A stretch of 40,149 nt of DNA from Candidatus Ryanbacteria bacterium RIFCSPHIGHO2_02_FULL_45_17b (GCA_001819815.1 MHNO01000010.1:1-40149), one strand, 5' to 3'. Shown: positions 17,519 to 27,208, counted from the stretch's first letter. Notes: a model not told the origin generated them from the letters alone. Translations and numbers: made by a program.

Positions 17519-18225
17519 AAAAACTTTCCATTATCATATCTGCCTATAATGAAGCGCGTACCATCCGGCGTGTTTTGGATGCGGTACGCAAAGCACCGTT
17601 GCCCCCCGAGATTCAGGAACGAGAAATCATTGTTATAAATAATGGTTCGTCTGATGAAACGGCGGACATTCTTTCTCACGAACAGGATATTAGCGTAATA
17701 ACACTTCAGCCAAACCGCGGTAAAGGAGGCGCTTTAAAAGTCGGGTTTGCCAACGCGACGGGTGATATCGTGCTTGTACAGGATGCTGATCTGGAATACG
17801 ATCCAGAGGATTATCCGGTGTTGCTTGGTCCGATTCTTTCTGGAAAAGCAGAGGCGGTTCTCGGTAAACGGCCGCTCGCTGACGTGTCTCTTTTTCACGG
17901 AAGGCATCAGGTGCGTCACATAGCGCCCTTTGTGGGTAATCGTTTGATAAATCGTTTTATCAACGTGTTGTATGGCAACGCATGCAAAGATTACGCGTGC
18001 GCGTATAAGGTGTTTACAAAACGCGTTGTCCAGACAGTGCCGGTACGATCAAATGGATTTGATTATGAGGTTGAGCTTTTGTGTCGCATCATGCGCCGCG
18101 GCATTCCGTTAGCAGAAGTACCGGTTCGGTACCAGCCGCGATCATATGAAGAAGGAAAAAAGATCCGCGCGGCAGACGGATTACGCATTGTATGGGTAGC
18201 GGTGCGAAGCAGATTTTTTGATTGA
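17515..18225 (+). CDS. GT2 polyprenyl-phosphate glycosyltransferase (Dpm1/ArnC/GtrB-like). Short soluble form
   Basis: LSIIISAYNEARTI, VINNGSSDETADIL, GKGGALKVGF, VLVQDADLEYDPEDYPVLL (DXD). Confidence 0.8.
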   Translation: MKKLSIIISAYNEARTIRRVLDAVRKAPLPPEIQEREIIVINNGSSDETADILSHEQDISVITLQPNRGKGGALKVGFANATGDIVLVQDADLEYDPEDYPVLLGPILSGKAEAVLGKRPLADVSLFHGRHQVRHIAPFVGNRLINRFINVLYGNACKDYACAYKVFTKRVVQTVPVRSNGFDYEVELLCRIMRRGIPLAEVPVRYQPRSYEEGKKIRAADGLRIVWVAVRSRFFD

Positions 18226-18242
18226 CTTTTTGTATTGCGTTT

Positions 18243-18352
18243 CTACTTTGTATATAAGAAAAATGTTCTTTATGGCCGACAGGTATTTATATAGAAGGAC
18301 ATCGCCTGCCTGCCGGTAGGCAAGTAGAATATTTTTCTTATATACAAAGTAG
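18243..18352. repeat. Perfect 22-bp inverted repeat (ctactttgtatataagaaaaat / atttttcttatatacaaagtag) flanking 66 nt that hold an inner tgcct-gccggt-aggca hairpin. Lies between the GT2 and GT-C genes
   Basis: Read directly from the sequence. No T-run follows. Confidence 0.85.
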
Positions 18353-18370
18353 ATCGAAGCTTCATGTAGT

Positions 18371-19837
18371 ATGAATATATCCATTTCAGAACCAATGAAA
18401 GATATTTTTGCGGTAGGCAGCGCCCTTCTCGTATTGGTGTGTTTTGCCGTGTGGCACCCGACGGGAGATTTTGTGTCTTCTCCATCGTACTGGGTTGATG
18501 AAGCGGTAAGTGTGGAAAAAGCGCGCAATTTTTTAACGTATGGGGTATTGGATGTCGCGGTTGCTCCCGGTGTTTTGTCTGGAAAGCCCTACGCGACAGC
18601 GGCCGCGGGTCCGCTTCTTACGCTTCCTCTCGCCGGCTTTTTTTCACTTTTTGGTATTGGAATTATGCAGGCAAGATTATATATGTTGTTGTGGCTGATA
18701 CTACTTCTATGTGTTTCTTATTTTCTTGTACGCAACATTTCAGGAAGGCGCGCCGCGCTGTGTGCCGTGTTATTACTGGCAACATTTTCCCCGCTGTATG
18801 CAAATGGCAAGACGGCAACGGGGGATATTCCGGGTTTTGTGGCGCTTTTGTTGGCGCTCTACTATCTCTATATCCGGAAGTGGTATCTATTTTCTGGTAT
18901 GTTGTTAGGTATTGCAACAACAACGAAGCCGTCGCTGTATATCCCCCTTATTGCCGTCGCTATTTTTGAAATAGTTTTTTCTGAACATGAAAGACGAATA
19001 CATAAGGCGGCAGTCGTTGTTGGTGGGGCGGCGCTTATTCTTGTGCCGTGGCTTATTTCTTTGCCTTCGCATCCGCTTGTGCAGACTTCATGGGAAGAAG
19101 TGTATGTTTTTTTTCAGAACCCGTTTCCATCCGACGCGACACCTGTCTTCGGTGTGGGCGCTTTATTCCATAGCACTGTTTTGCAATACATGGCGCTTGT
19201 CATGGCAGCCTTGTTTGGTGTGTGGCGCACGCGGGGAAAAGATGAAACATGGATACGATTTGTGCGTTTTGCTTTCTTATACGCGCTCGCGGCATTTGTG
19301 TTGTATCTTCGCAGTCCTGGCTGGTTGCGGTATCTTCTTAGTGGTACGCTCTTGCTGTTTCTTATTTTTCCACAGACGATACAAATGCTTTTACACCAGC
19401 GCGCGTGGCGGTATCGTGTTCCTTCGTGGACTGCTACCTTTGTACTTATTATGTTTATCGGAGCGCAGGCGGTTCATTTTTTCTTTTTTTCCTGGCGCAC
19501 CGCGTCTGACGCATCCATGCGCGATAGTACCGTGTTAGAGAGCATCGTACAATCACGCGAGACGGTTGGATTTATAGACGCGCCAGCGCTTGCTTCTTTA
19601 TTTGATTCGCGCCGAAAATATCAAGTTATACGTATTAGCGGAAATACTATAGTGGGAGAAAGTCCGCTTGCTGTTCGTGCTGATATGCTTCCGGACTATG
19701 TTTTTATTCCTTACAACAGGTTTGGTGATCAGTCAATGCGTGATTTTGTGGATCCGTATACAAATGTCTTGAAAGAACGTTATATGGATTATACGCCGCC
19801 CGACGCGCGTTTTTCCTTGTATAAGAAAATCCCATGA
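18371..19837 (+). CDS. GT-C fold membrane glycosyltransferase (PMT/ArnT-like, GT39/GT83-like)
   Basis: Multi-TM. N-terminal loop motif YWVDEAVSVEKARNFLTYGVLD (DE/Y...A.N). Large C-terminal soluble domain. Confidence 0.7.
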   Translation: MNISISEPMKDIFAVGSALLVLVCFAVWHPTGDFVSSPSYWVDEAVSVEKARNFLTYGVLDVAVAPGVLSGKPYATAAAGPLLTLPLAGFFSLFGIGIMQARLYMLLWLILLLCVSYFLVRNISGRRAALCAVLLLATFSPLYANGKTATGDIPGFVALLLALYYLYIRKWYLFSGMLLGIATTTKPSLYIPLIAVAIFEIVFSEHERRIHKAAVVVGGAALILVPWLISLPSHPLVQTSWEEVYVFFQNPFPSDATPVFGVGALFHSTVLQYMALVMAALFGVWRTRGKDETWIRFVRFAFLYALAAFVLYLRSPGWLRYLLSGTLLLFLIFPQTIQMLLHQRAWRYRVPSWTATFVLIMFIGAQAVHFFFFSWRTASDASMRDSTVLESIVQSRETVGFIDAPALASLFDSRRKYQVIRISGNTIVGESPLAVRADMLPDYVFIPYNRFGDQSMRDFVDPYTNVLKERYMDYTPPDARFSLYKKIP

Positions 19838-21162
19838 AACAGTATTTTTTGTCTCCCATTGCGATAGCGGTTATCATAGTGACGCTTGTAAGCGCCGCCT
19901 ATTCTTTTTACTATCACGATCGTCCTCGTGTGGATGCGCAAGCGTATGACTTTGTCGGATGGAATCTTGCGCGCGGTCTCGGGTATATAGAAAACGAACA
20001 GAATGCTGCAAATCCTCGGGCGGATGATGCAATTGTGCGTGTGGGGCCTGGATATCAGTTTTTTCTCGCGGGGGTATATAGTATGTTTGGACATCATGTA
20101 TGGATAGTGTGGATACTGCACGCGTTATTGCGCGGTGCTACGGTATATTTCGTTTATGCTATCACGCGATTTTTTTTGCATAATGAGAAGGCGTCACTTT
20201 TTGGAGCGTTCCTTGTTGGATTTTCACCCGATCTTATTGTGATTAATGGGCTTTTGCTTACCGAGACACTTTTTATATTTTTTTTGGTGGGGGCAGTGTA
20301 TAGTACGCTCCGTTTGATTTCTTCTGATATTTCCGCGACACGGTGGGCTTGGATTGGAGTTGGTCTTTTATGGGCGTGTGCCGTCCTTACTCGTCCTGTC
20401 GCATTGTTTCCTTTGCTTGTGACAGTCGGTGTACTTTTGTTCCATTGGCGGTGGCGGGATGCCGCGCTTGTTGTTCTCATGCCTTTGCTTCTTGTGGGTT
20501 CATGGTCCTATGCCATGACACAGCGATATGATCATTTTATTCTTACGACTACCGCAGGTTGGTATGATTTGTGGGTTGGAAATAACCCCGAAGCAACCGG
20601 CGGGTTTGAAAAATCTCCCGTCATTCAGGATTTTCGCGATGTTACATATGACAGTACCATACTTGAACGTGTTGGACGGGAAAAGTATTTTGAATTTTTA
20701 TTCAATCACCCATTTCAATTTTTGGAGCTTCAGTGGCGCAAAAGCACTCTCTATGTAAGTTCCATGAGACCCGGTGGGTATTGGATCCATTTGTTTGCTC
20801 ATCCATGGGACATGCGTATTACGCTTGCCGCGTCGCTTGTATGGACGTTGATGTTGTTTGCGGGCGGGCTCGCGGGCGGGTATCTTTGGTTTCGTGAGAA
20901 GCGCGATGGTACGTCTCGCTTGTTTTTACTTTTTGCGATAGCGCAGCCCCTTGCCGTTATTCCTATTATTGTTGAGACTCGGTACCGATACGCATTCTTT
21001 CCATTTCTTGCGGTCTTTGCCGCATACTTTGTTGCAACATACGTACCGAAGGTTTCCTTGCGTATCTTAGGATTCGTGTTTGTGTTTCTTGGAACAGCAA
21101 CACTATACGATTTGTGGTACAACTTTAGCGATATAATGGAAAAGATAGGAAGGGTACTATGA
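19834..21162 (+). CDS. GT-C fold membrane glycosyltransferase (PMT_2/ArnT-like)
   Basis: Motif DAQAYDFVGWNLARGLGYI in the first loop. More than 10 predicted TM helices. Confidence 0.7.
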   Translation: MKQYFLSPIAIAVIIVTLVSAAYSFYYHDRPRVDAQAYDFVGWNLARGLGYIENEQNAANPRADDAIVRVGPGYQFFLAGVYSMFGHHVWIVWILHALLRGATVYFVYAITRFFLHNEKASLFGAFLVGFSPDLIVINGLLLTETLFIFFLVGAVYSTLRLISSDISATRWAWIGVGLLWACAVLTRPVALFPLLVTVGVLLFHWRWRDAALVVLMPLLLVGSWSYAMTQRYDHFILTTTAGWYDLWVGNNPEATGGFEKSPVIQDFRDVTYDSTILERVGREKYFEFLFNHPFQFLELQWRKSTLYVSSMRPGGYWIHLFAHPWDMRITLAASLVWTLMLFAGGLAGGYLWFREKRDGTSRLFLLFAIAQPLAVIPIIVETRYRYAFFPFLAVFAAYFVATYVPKVSLRILGFVFVFLGTATLYDLWYNFSDIMEKIGRVL

Positions 21163-22244
21163 AGCGGATTCTCTATATTACGCGCGCACGTCTTTCTTTT
21201 TCCCGCGGGCATACCATTAACATTCTAAAGACAGCCGAAGCTGTTGCGAAAACAAAGCAATATAGCGTGGCGGTCTTTTCCTCCGCTCCTGAGCCCTTTT
21301 CACATGAGAAAATTTGCGGTGAAAAAAAAGTAACGTATCCGGTACCTCTTGATGTTTCGTCGCAGAAGCGATCCTATTTACTCTATGTGTGGAATAATCG
21401 TGATTTGTTTGATGTGTTATATTTTCGTGATCCATTTTTATGGCATATGGCGTTTCTCTCTCGCGTATTTTTAAGAAAGCGTGTCGTTTTTGAGGTGCAT
21501 GGCAGTCATGAATGGGTGTGGGGAAAACCGTTTTGGCATATGTCTGTTTTCTTTGCGCACGGCCTTGTATTTATTACGAAAGGTCTCATGGAATATTATA
21601 ATCCTTCAAAGCCCTGCGTGGTAACACACGTAAACGCTGTTGATATGAAGGAGTTTGAAAAAAATAATGTATTTTCTGATAAACAACGATTAGACCTAGG
21701 ATTGCCAGAGGGAGTTTCTCTGATTATGTACGCCGGGAATTTTTTATGGTACTCATGGGACGTGCTCATTCGCATGATGCATTTGGTTCCCCGACCAGCG
21801 ATGCTTATTTTAGTAGGCGCAAAGCCCGAGGAGAAAGAACTCATGGAAGAGGCGGCTCGCAAAGAAGGCCTACAAGATCGGGTGCAAGTACATACGCGCG
21901 TGGTGCCGTCTTTGTATCCTTCGTATATACAAGCCGCTGATGTCCTTGTAAATCCTCTTTGTATTTCTTATCCGGGAAGCATATCTTCAAAAATATTTGA
22001 ATACATGGCGGCAGGAAAGCCGATTGTTTCGGCGAAAGGAAAAGCTATGGAAGAGGTGCTTATACACGAGAAAAATGCGCTTCTTGTTGATTTATCGGCG
22101 GAGCAGTTTGGAAAAGCGGTGGTACGTATTTTGAATGATCCGTACATGGCGGCTGAACTTTCAAAGAACGCGCGCGAATCTGCACGGCGTTTTACATGGG
22201 AAGCGCGAGCGCTCGATATTTGCTCACTCCTGGAACGCATATGA
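21159..22244 (+). CDS. GT4 family glycosyltransferase
   Basis: SKIFEYMAAGKPIVSAKGKAMEEVLIHEKNALLVD motif. Confidence 0.8.
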   Translation: MKRILYITRARLSFSRGHTINILKTAEAVAKTKQYSVAVFSSAPEPFSHEKICGEKKVTYPVPLDVSSQKRSYLLYVWNNRDLFDVLYFRDPFLWHMAFLSRVFLRKRVVFEVHGSHEWVWGKPFWHMSVFFAHGLVFITKGLMEYYNPSKPCVVTHVNAVDMKEFEKNNVFSDKQRLDLGLPEGVSLIMYAGNFLWYSWDVLIRMMHLVPRPAMLILVGAKPEEKELMEEAARKEGLQDRVQVHTRVVPSLYPSYIQAADVLVNPLCISYPGSISSKIFEYMAAGKPIVSAKGKAMEEVLIHEKNALLVDLSAEQFGKAVVRILNDPYMAAELSKNARESARRFTWEARALDICSLLERI

Positions 22245-22987
22245 AAACAGACTATCGCATATCGCATCAAAGTGAGCAGGTAAGTCGTGTGTATGATGAA
22301 GTTCTTTATAAACAGGGAACATATGACGACGCATTATGGAGATGGGAACAGTGTATCCTTGAAAAAGAGATCACATTGCTGCAAACGAAAGCAACACCTA
22401 TTTCACTGCTTGATTTTGCGTGCGGCACGGGAAGAATTCTTACTTTTTTGGAGAACAAGGTGAACAATGCGGTGGGTGTGGATATTGCGGAAGAGATGCT
22501 AAGCCGCGCGCGGCAGGTTGTGCAGAATGCCCGTTTGATTAAAGCGGATCTCACTCGCATAGACGCGCTTCGGGGAGAACCATTTGATTTGGTAACCGCG
22601 TTTCGATTTTTTTTAAACGCGGAGCCTGTATTGCGTGAAGAAGCAATGGCGGTTCTTTTTCAAAAACTTCGAAATCAAGATAGCCTGCTGATATTCAATA
22701 TACATGGAAATCTTTGGAGTCATCGGGTCTTTACGAAAATAGGGCTTTGGTTTCGGGGAAAGCGTCTAAGCGTAAGCACGCGCCGCGAGATGGAATTACT
22801 TGCCAGGCGGCATGGTTTGGAGATGGCGCGGTGGTATGGGTTTGGCATACTTCCGAAGATAGCGTATCGGGTTATTGGTTCACGGATTGCTCATGGTATA
22901 GACAAGATTCTTTCTCATATTCCCGGTATGCGTTTTATATCTTACGATCTTGTTTTTGTATGTAAAAAAGGTATTGTAAAAAAGTGA
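22241..22987 (+). CDS. Class I SAM-dependent methyltransferase
   Basis: Motif [20 protein letters not shown] overlap with the upstream stop. The six-frame ORF begins at 22196. Confidence 0.75.
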   Translation: MKTDYRISHQSEQVSRVYDEVLYKQGTYDDALWRWEQCILEKEITLLQTKATPISLLDFACGTGRILTFLENKVNNAVGVDIAEEMLSRARQVVQNARLIKADLTRIDALRGEPFDLVTAFRFFLNAEPVLREEAMAVLFQKLRNQDSLLIFNIHGNLWSHRVFTKIGLWFRGKRLSVSTRREMELLARRHGLEMARWYGFGILPKIAYRVIGSRIAHGIDKILSHIPGMRFISYDLVFVCKKGIVKK

Positions 22988-23967
22988 AAAAAGCTCTTAT
23001 AACCGGTGTTACGGGGCAAGATGGTTCCTATCTTGCCGAACTCCTGCTCGAAAAAGAGTATGAGGTGCATGGAGTCATGCGCCGCGCTTCCACATTTAAT
23101 ACGGCGCGGATTGAGCATTTATACCAGGATCCCCATGTTGAAGGAGTGCGATTTTTTCTGCATTATGGCGATCTTGCGGACGCGAACACTATTCGCAAAC
23201 TTATCTATAACATCCGTCCGGATGAAATTTATAATCTCGGCGCGCAATCGCATGTGCGCGTTTCGTTCGATATCCCTGAATACACTGCAAACATTACGGG
23301 GCTCGGCACGCTTCGTATTTTGGAAGCCATGAAAGATTACGAACATGAAACGGGGGCAAAAGTAAAATTGTACCAAGCTTCTTCTTCGGAATTGTTTGGT
23401 GATGCGCCTCCTCCGCAAAATGAATCCACGCCATTTTCTCCGCGAAGCCCTTATGGTATCGCGAAGCTTTTTTCGTATCACACCGCAAAAAACTACCGTG
23501 AAGCGTATGGCATATTCGCAGTAAACGGCATTTTATTTAATCATGAGTCGCCGCGAAGGGGAGAGACGTTCGTAACCCGTAAAATCACACGGGGTATTGC
23601 CGATATTGTGGCGGGGAAGGCAGACAAGATTTATTTGGGGAATTTGGATGCTAAGCGCGATTGGGGGTATGCGCCTGAATACGTGGAAGCCATGTGGCGG
23701 ATGCTTCAACAATCCGAACCTGAAGATTTTGTAATTGGCACGGGGGAGGCGCACACGGTGCGCGAGTTTTGCGAGGCGGGGTTTCGTCATGCCGGTCTTG
23801 GTGATTGGCAGACATATGTCGGCATCGACCATCGATATTTCCGCCCCACGGAGGTAGATTTCTTGCTTGCCGATCCGCGAAAAGCAAAAGAAAAACTTGG
23901 GTGGGAAGCAAAAATAAAATTTGAGGATCTCGCAAAAATAATGGTAGACGCAGATTTGAAAAAATAG
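22984..23967 (+). CDS. gmd: GDP-mannose 4,6-dehydratase
   Basis: [40 protein letters not shown], short-chain dehydrogenase Y...K. Full-length and typical GMD. Confidence 0.9.
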   Translation: MKKALITGVTGQDGSYLAELLLEKEYEVHGVMRRASTFNTARIEHLYQDPHVEGVRFFLHYGDLADANTIRKLIYNIRPDEIYNLGAQSHVRVSFDIPEYTANITGLGTLRILEAMKDYEHETGAKVKLYQASSSELFGDAPPPQNESTPFSPRSPYGIAKLFSYHTAKNYREAYGIFAVNGILFNHESPRRGETFVTRKITRGIADIVAGKADKIYLGNLDAKRDWGYAPEYVEAMWRMLQQSEPEDFVIGTGEAHTVREFCEAGFRHAGLGDWQTYVGIDHRYFRPTEVDFLLADPRKAKEKLGWEAKIKFEDLAKIMVDADLKK

Positions 23968-23995
23968 CCGTAGGAGGATACTGCATATAAAAAAA

Positions 23996-24035
23996 CTCCC
24001 GAAATAAATTTCGGGAGGATGTTGTTTGTGTGTGT
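23996..24035 (+). terminator. gmd terminator: ctcccgaaa-taaa-tttcgggag followed by a T-rich tract
   Basis: Hairpin followed by gatgttgtttgtgtgtgttt. Confidence 0.6.
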
Positions 24036-24073
24036 TTGGCGACTCGACCGCCAATTGGCGTTCGAGTCGCCAA
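24036..24073. repeat. 38-nt near-perfect palindrome ttggcgactcgaccgccaattggcgttcgagtcgccaa between convergent genes. Shares the core cgaccgccaat-ggcg with the terminator at 2383
   Basis: Read directly. One G-T wobble. Probably a bidirectional terminator or REP-like element. Confidence 0.6.
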
Positions 24074-24081
24074 GTCCTATT

Positions 24082-26904
24082 CTAGTTCACCCCCAGCGCT
24101 TTACAGTCAGCGAATAGGAAAGCGGGGGATGTCTGCCCGCAAATTCCTACGTCATCCGCGCCGTTGGCATCTGCTGGGTTGGTGGTTCCATTATTTGTTA
24201 CGCCCGCGCAGGATGTAAGGAGATTCACTCCTGGAACAGGAGCACTCGCATCAATAAGCGTATTAGGCGCGATTGTGATCCCTCCCTGGAACGCGCGGAT
24301 TTCATTTGGTCCGCCTTTCTTGCTTCCTGCGGAATCTACCACCGGGCCAAATGAGTTGTTGACGCCAAGTCGCGCGAGATTTACATCTCCGCCCGCCCAC
24401 AACTTAATGCCGCCAATGGCGTTGTCGTTTCCAGATGACTCAAAGGCTCGGTCTGTGCCTATTACATCTCCGCCTGCCCGCACATCAACCACACCACCTC
24501 GCGGGTTAGATGTTCCCGTGCCTGCCGCAACCCCAGCAAAGCTTTTGCGTACGGGGGGTGTTGTGTCATCTCCATGTCCGTACACTTCAACATTTCCGAG
24601 AGCTTGTATTGATACACGTCCTGGTTTGTCGCTATGCGTGACAAATGAAAGCACTCCCGGGAATATATCATATTTAGTGCCAAAGGGATTGTACTCATCA
24701 AAGAACGGTTCGGCTGTGTTTGCATTGACGACTACATCTCCTCCAAACGCCGCGATATAAATATCAGGCTTGGGAGCTCCTGTTGAATGGGCTTTTGCCC
24801 GTGCGAGGACGAGTCCGTTTAGGACAACATCTCCGCCGCAACATGAAGCAATGGTTATATCACCTCCACCACGGTCAATACCAATGTTTTGTATCAGTGA
24901 CATTGGTCCCGTGGTTACATCACCACAGCAACTTGAAATAGTGATGTTTCCTGGAACACCCAATGTTCCGGTTACGCGATTTGTTATTTCACCGTCTATG
25001 GTTATTTTCCCATCAGCGTGAATAACAACATCACCCGTTTTGTCATTGTAGGACTCAACCAGAATGACCGCACCCCATTCAATGACAATCTCGCAAGTGG
25101 TGCGTATTTCAATACCTGGCGCGGCTCGCTCACTGCCGGCTGGTGGCACTTGGGCGGTCTTGATGGTAACGCCTGCCATAACGACGAGCTTTTTCCCGCC
25201 AAGATCAAAGATCGCCTTCCATGTATCAGCAGCCGTCAACTCACTTTTGTAGTAGGTGAAAAACGCACAGAGATCCGCGTCTCCAAGGCATACAGGAATG
25301 TCAGGGTTAAGATCAACTGTAGTGTCTTGGTCAACAATAACCTCAATAGGTTGTCCGCCGGCATCAAGCTCGCAAACAGGACAGTTTCCGTTGGGTGGTG
25401 GCGGACCTCCGCACGAACACGTTGGTAATACCACATACGCCGGAAGGGAAACCGCACCCGCGCAATTATCAGGGTTGAGAGTCAAAACAGGAGTTACGGT
25501 TCCATTGTAGGCGGTGCCTACGCACGATTCGAGCGTTACTGTTCCATTCGCAGGGACGCCACCGCCGCCGGCGTTGAGTTGTCCGCCTACGGTGCCAAGA
25601 AGCGCGCCCGTAAAAGAAACACCTTCGATACTGCCACCCTTCGGGGAAGTGCCAGTACTTGCGCCGAGCGCCTGGATTGAAGAAGCTCCAAAGTCAACAT
25701 TTCCGTCAGGAGCCCCAACCCCGCCTGCGTGTATGGTTATCTTCCCACCATGACTGCCACCTTTTGTCGCGTTTGCTTGCACAGCAAGGCCAGATGTTGT
25801 CACTGATCCATCTGTGGATTTTACCGTGACAATGCCCCCATTGGAGTTTGTCACATGAGACTGATTTGCATGCACAGCATACACAATCCCTGTTGTATCG
25901 CCGATGATTTTTATGTTTCCTTTTGCGAATATATCAATCCATGCGATCTCATTTCCACCGCTTTGCGCGGTGTCGGCGTTTACTTGGCCATTGTTCACGT
26001 CAAACGCGTTTATGGTCAAGGTACCGCCAGACCAAATTTCCACACATGCTGTAGAATTAGATGGTTTGTCGGGGCGATTTAGCCCGTTGCAATGATTTAC
26101 TGGATTGTCTGGTATGGTATGCCCAGGTCCAGTAGATTCTACGCGGCCAAAAATTTCGATTTCGCATCCACCCTCCAAGTGAACCAAATCGGCGCCCGGG
26201 TCGCGTCCTTTACTGCGCACAATACCCGTTGTGCCAACAGTAAGGTCACAACCGGCAATAATAGTCACAGGACCGCCTCCGGGTCGCTGTGTGCCGCCGG
26301 TACCGGTAAGTTTGCTTTCAGACGATACAAGCCCGTCAACCGCAACAATGCCTTTCGGGGCTTTCATGTAAATTTCACCCCCAGGGCATTTTGCGTCAAC
26401 GGTTATTTTCGCGCCGTTTTCAACTTTTATATCGCCCTCAGTCGAGAGAATATCAACCGTGCCGCCTTTCCCGCCGGAGCAGGAACTTGCGGTTTGGTTC
26501 ATGGAGATAAGCGCGCCACTCGCGCCGCTTCCTTTCAGCACCACATCGCTGGTTGCCGTAATAACTACTGTTGCGGCAACACCGCTTGCGGTGATTGCGT
26601 TACCAGTGATTTTAGTGCCATCGTCCATGACCAAGTCGCCGGTGATATCAATCTCCAACGTTGAGCCCGGGTCGGTTTTTATATGACCCGATCCAACCAA
26701 ATGGAGGTTTTTTGGGACACTAAACATGCCGCCGGCACCCATATTGTGTAGTGTTGTAATTTGACACTCCGTGGGGAGGTCAACGTCGCACGGAAGCGCG
26801 GGGTGCAGTGCCCGCGCCACCGATGGAGCAAAAAGAAAAGCACTCATGATGAGCACTCCCCAAATTGCAGAGGTAGAGCAAGATGCAGACAATTTTCTTA
26901 TCAC
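24082..26904 (-). CDS. Large (940 aa) secreted Gly/Thr/Cys-rich repetitive protein (beta-helix / adhesin-like)
   Basis: N-terminal signal peptide. Low-complexity body with many short G-rich beta-strand-like repeats and many Cys. No catalytic motif recognised. Confidence 0.6.
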   Translation of the reverse strand: MIRKLSASCSTSAIWGVLIMSAFLFAPSVARALHPALPCDVDLPTECQITTLHNMGAGGMFSVPKNLHLVGSGHIKTDPGSTLEIDITGDLVMDDGTKITGNAITASGVAATVVITATSDVVLKGSGASGALISMNQTASSCSGGKGGTVDILSTEGDIKVENGAKITVDAKCPGGEIYMKAPKGIVAVDGLVSSESKLTGTGGTQRPGGGPVTIIAGCDLTVGTTGIVRSKGRDPGADLVHLEGGCEIEIFGRVESTGPGHTIPDNPVNHCNGLNRPDKPSNSTACVEIWSGGTLTINAFDVNNGQVNADTAQSGGNEIAWIDIFAKGNIKIIGDTTGIVYAVHANQSHVTNSNGGIVTVKSTDGSVTTSGLAVQANATKGGSHGGKITIHAGGVGAPDGNVDFGASSIQALGASTGTSPKGGSIEGVSFTGALLGTVGGQLNAGGGGVPANGTVTLESCVGTAYNGTVTPVLTLNPDNCAGAVSLPAYVVLPTCSCGGPPPPNGNCPVCELDAGGQPIEVIVDQDTTVDLNPDIPVCLGDADLCAFFTYYKSELTAADTWKAIFDLGGKKLVVMAGVTIKTAQVPPAGSERAAPGIEIRTTCEIVIEWGAVILVESYNDKTGDVVIHADGKITIDGEITNRVTGTLGVPGNITISSCCGDVTTGPMSLIQNIGIDRGGGDITIASCCGGDVVLNGLVLARAKAHSTGAPKPDIYIAAFGGDVVVNANTAEPFFDEYNPFGTKYDIFPGVLSFVTHSDKPGRVSIQALGNVEVYGHGDDTTPPVRKSFAGVAAGTGTSNPRGGVVDVRAGGDVIGTDRAFESSGNDNAIGGIKLWAGGDVNLARLGVNNSFGPVVDSAGSKKGGPNEIRAFQGGITIAPNTLIDASAPVPGVNLLTSCAGVTNNGTTNPADANGADDVGICGQTSPAFLFADCKALGVN

Positions 26905-27208
26905 GAAAAGCTCCTTCCTTCTTACTTAAAGTTTTTTATTCTGCGCGAATTGCCAAAAACTATCTTACAGACAAATACATCACCTCCTTTCATGAAGCCT
27001 CTATTGCATATGTTAAGGAACAAGCTTAGAAGTCTAGACTCTAACATGCTACATAAAATATGTCAACATATCGTGCTCACGTGTATCTTACATAAGATTA
27101 TTTTTTCAAAAAGAAAAGCGGCGGCACAAGCGGGTCATATCGGCGAATCTACAAGGTATAATACTCTGGGAAATCTAGACAGGTAATAGTAGATGGACTT
27201 TAGCTGTA

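Noticed and set aside
18181-18528. Minus-strand ORFs 18181..18528 and 18270..18485 spanning the GT2 and GT-C intergenic region
   Set aside because: They are translated across the 22-bp inverted repeat and into the antisense of the GT-C start. This is better explained as non-coding structured DNA.
18987-19538. 183-aa plus-strand ORF in an alternative frame within the GT-C gene 18371..19837
   Set aside because: It is an out-of-frame overlap with a well-supported multi-TM GT-C protein. The Cys/Arg/Leu-rich composition is typical of a spurious frame.
24164-26664. Several 60-200-aa plus-strand ORFs (24164..24760, 25018..25428, 26092..26664 and others) inside the 940-aa minus-strand gene
   Set aside because: They are antisense shadow ORFs of a GC- and Gly-rich repetitive gene. 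They have no start signals and Pro/Ala/Arg-rich junk composition.
27031-27185. tctagac occurring twice in the AT-rich region upstream of the small membrane-protein gene
   Set aside because: It is only a 7-mer, which is expected by chance in AT-rich intergenic DNA. There is no extended inverted or direct repeat.
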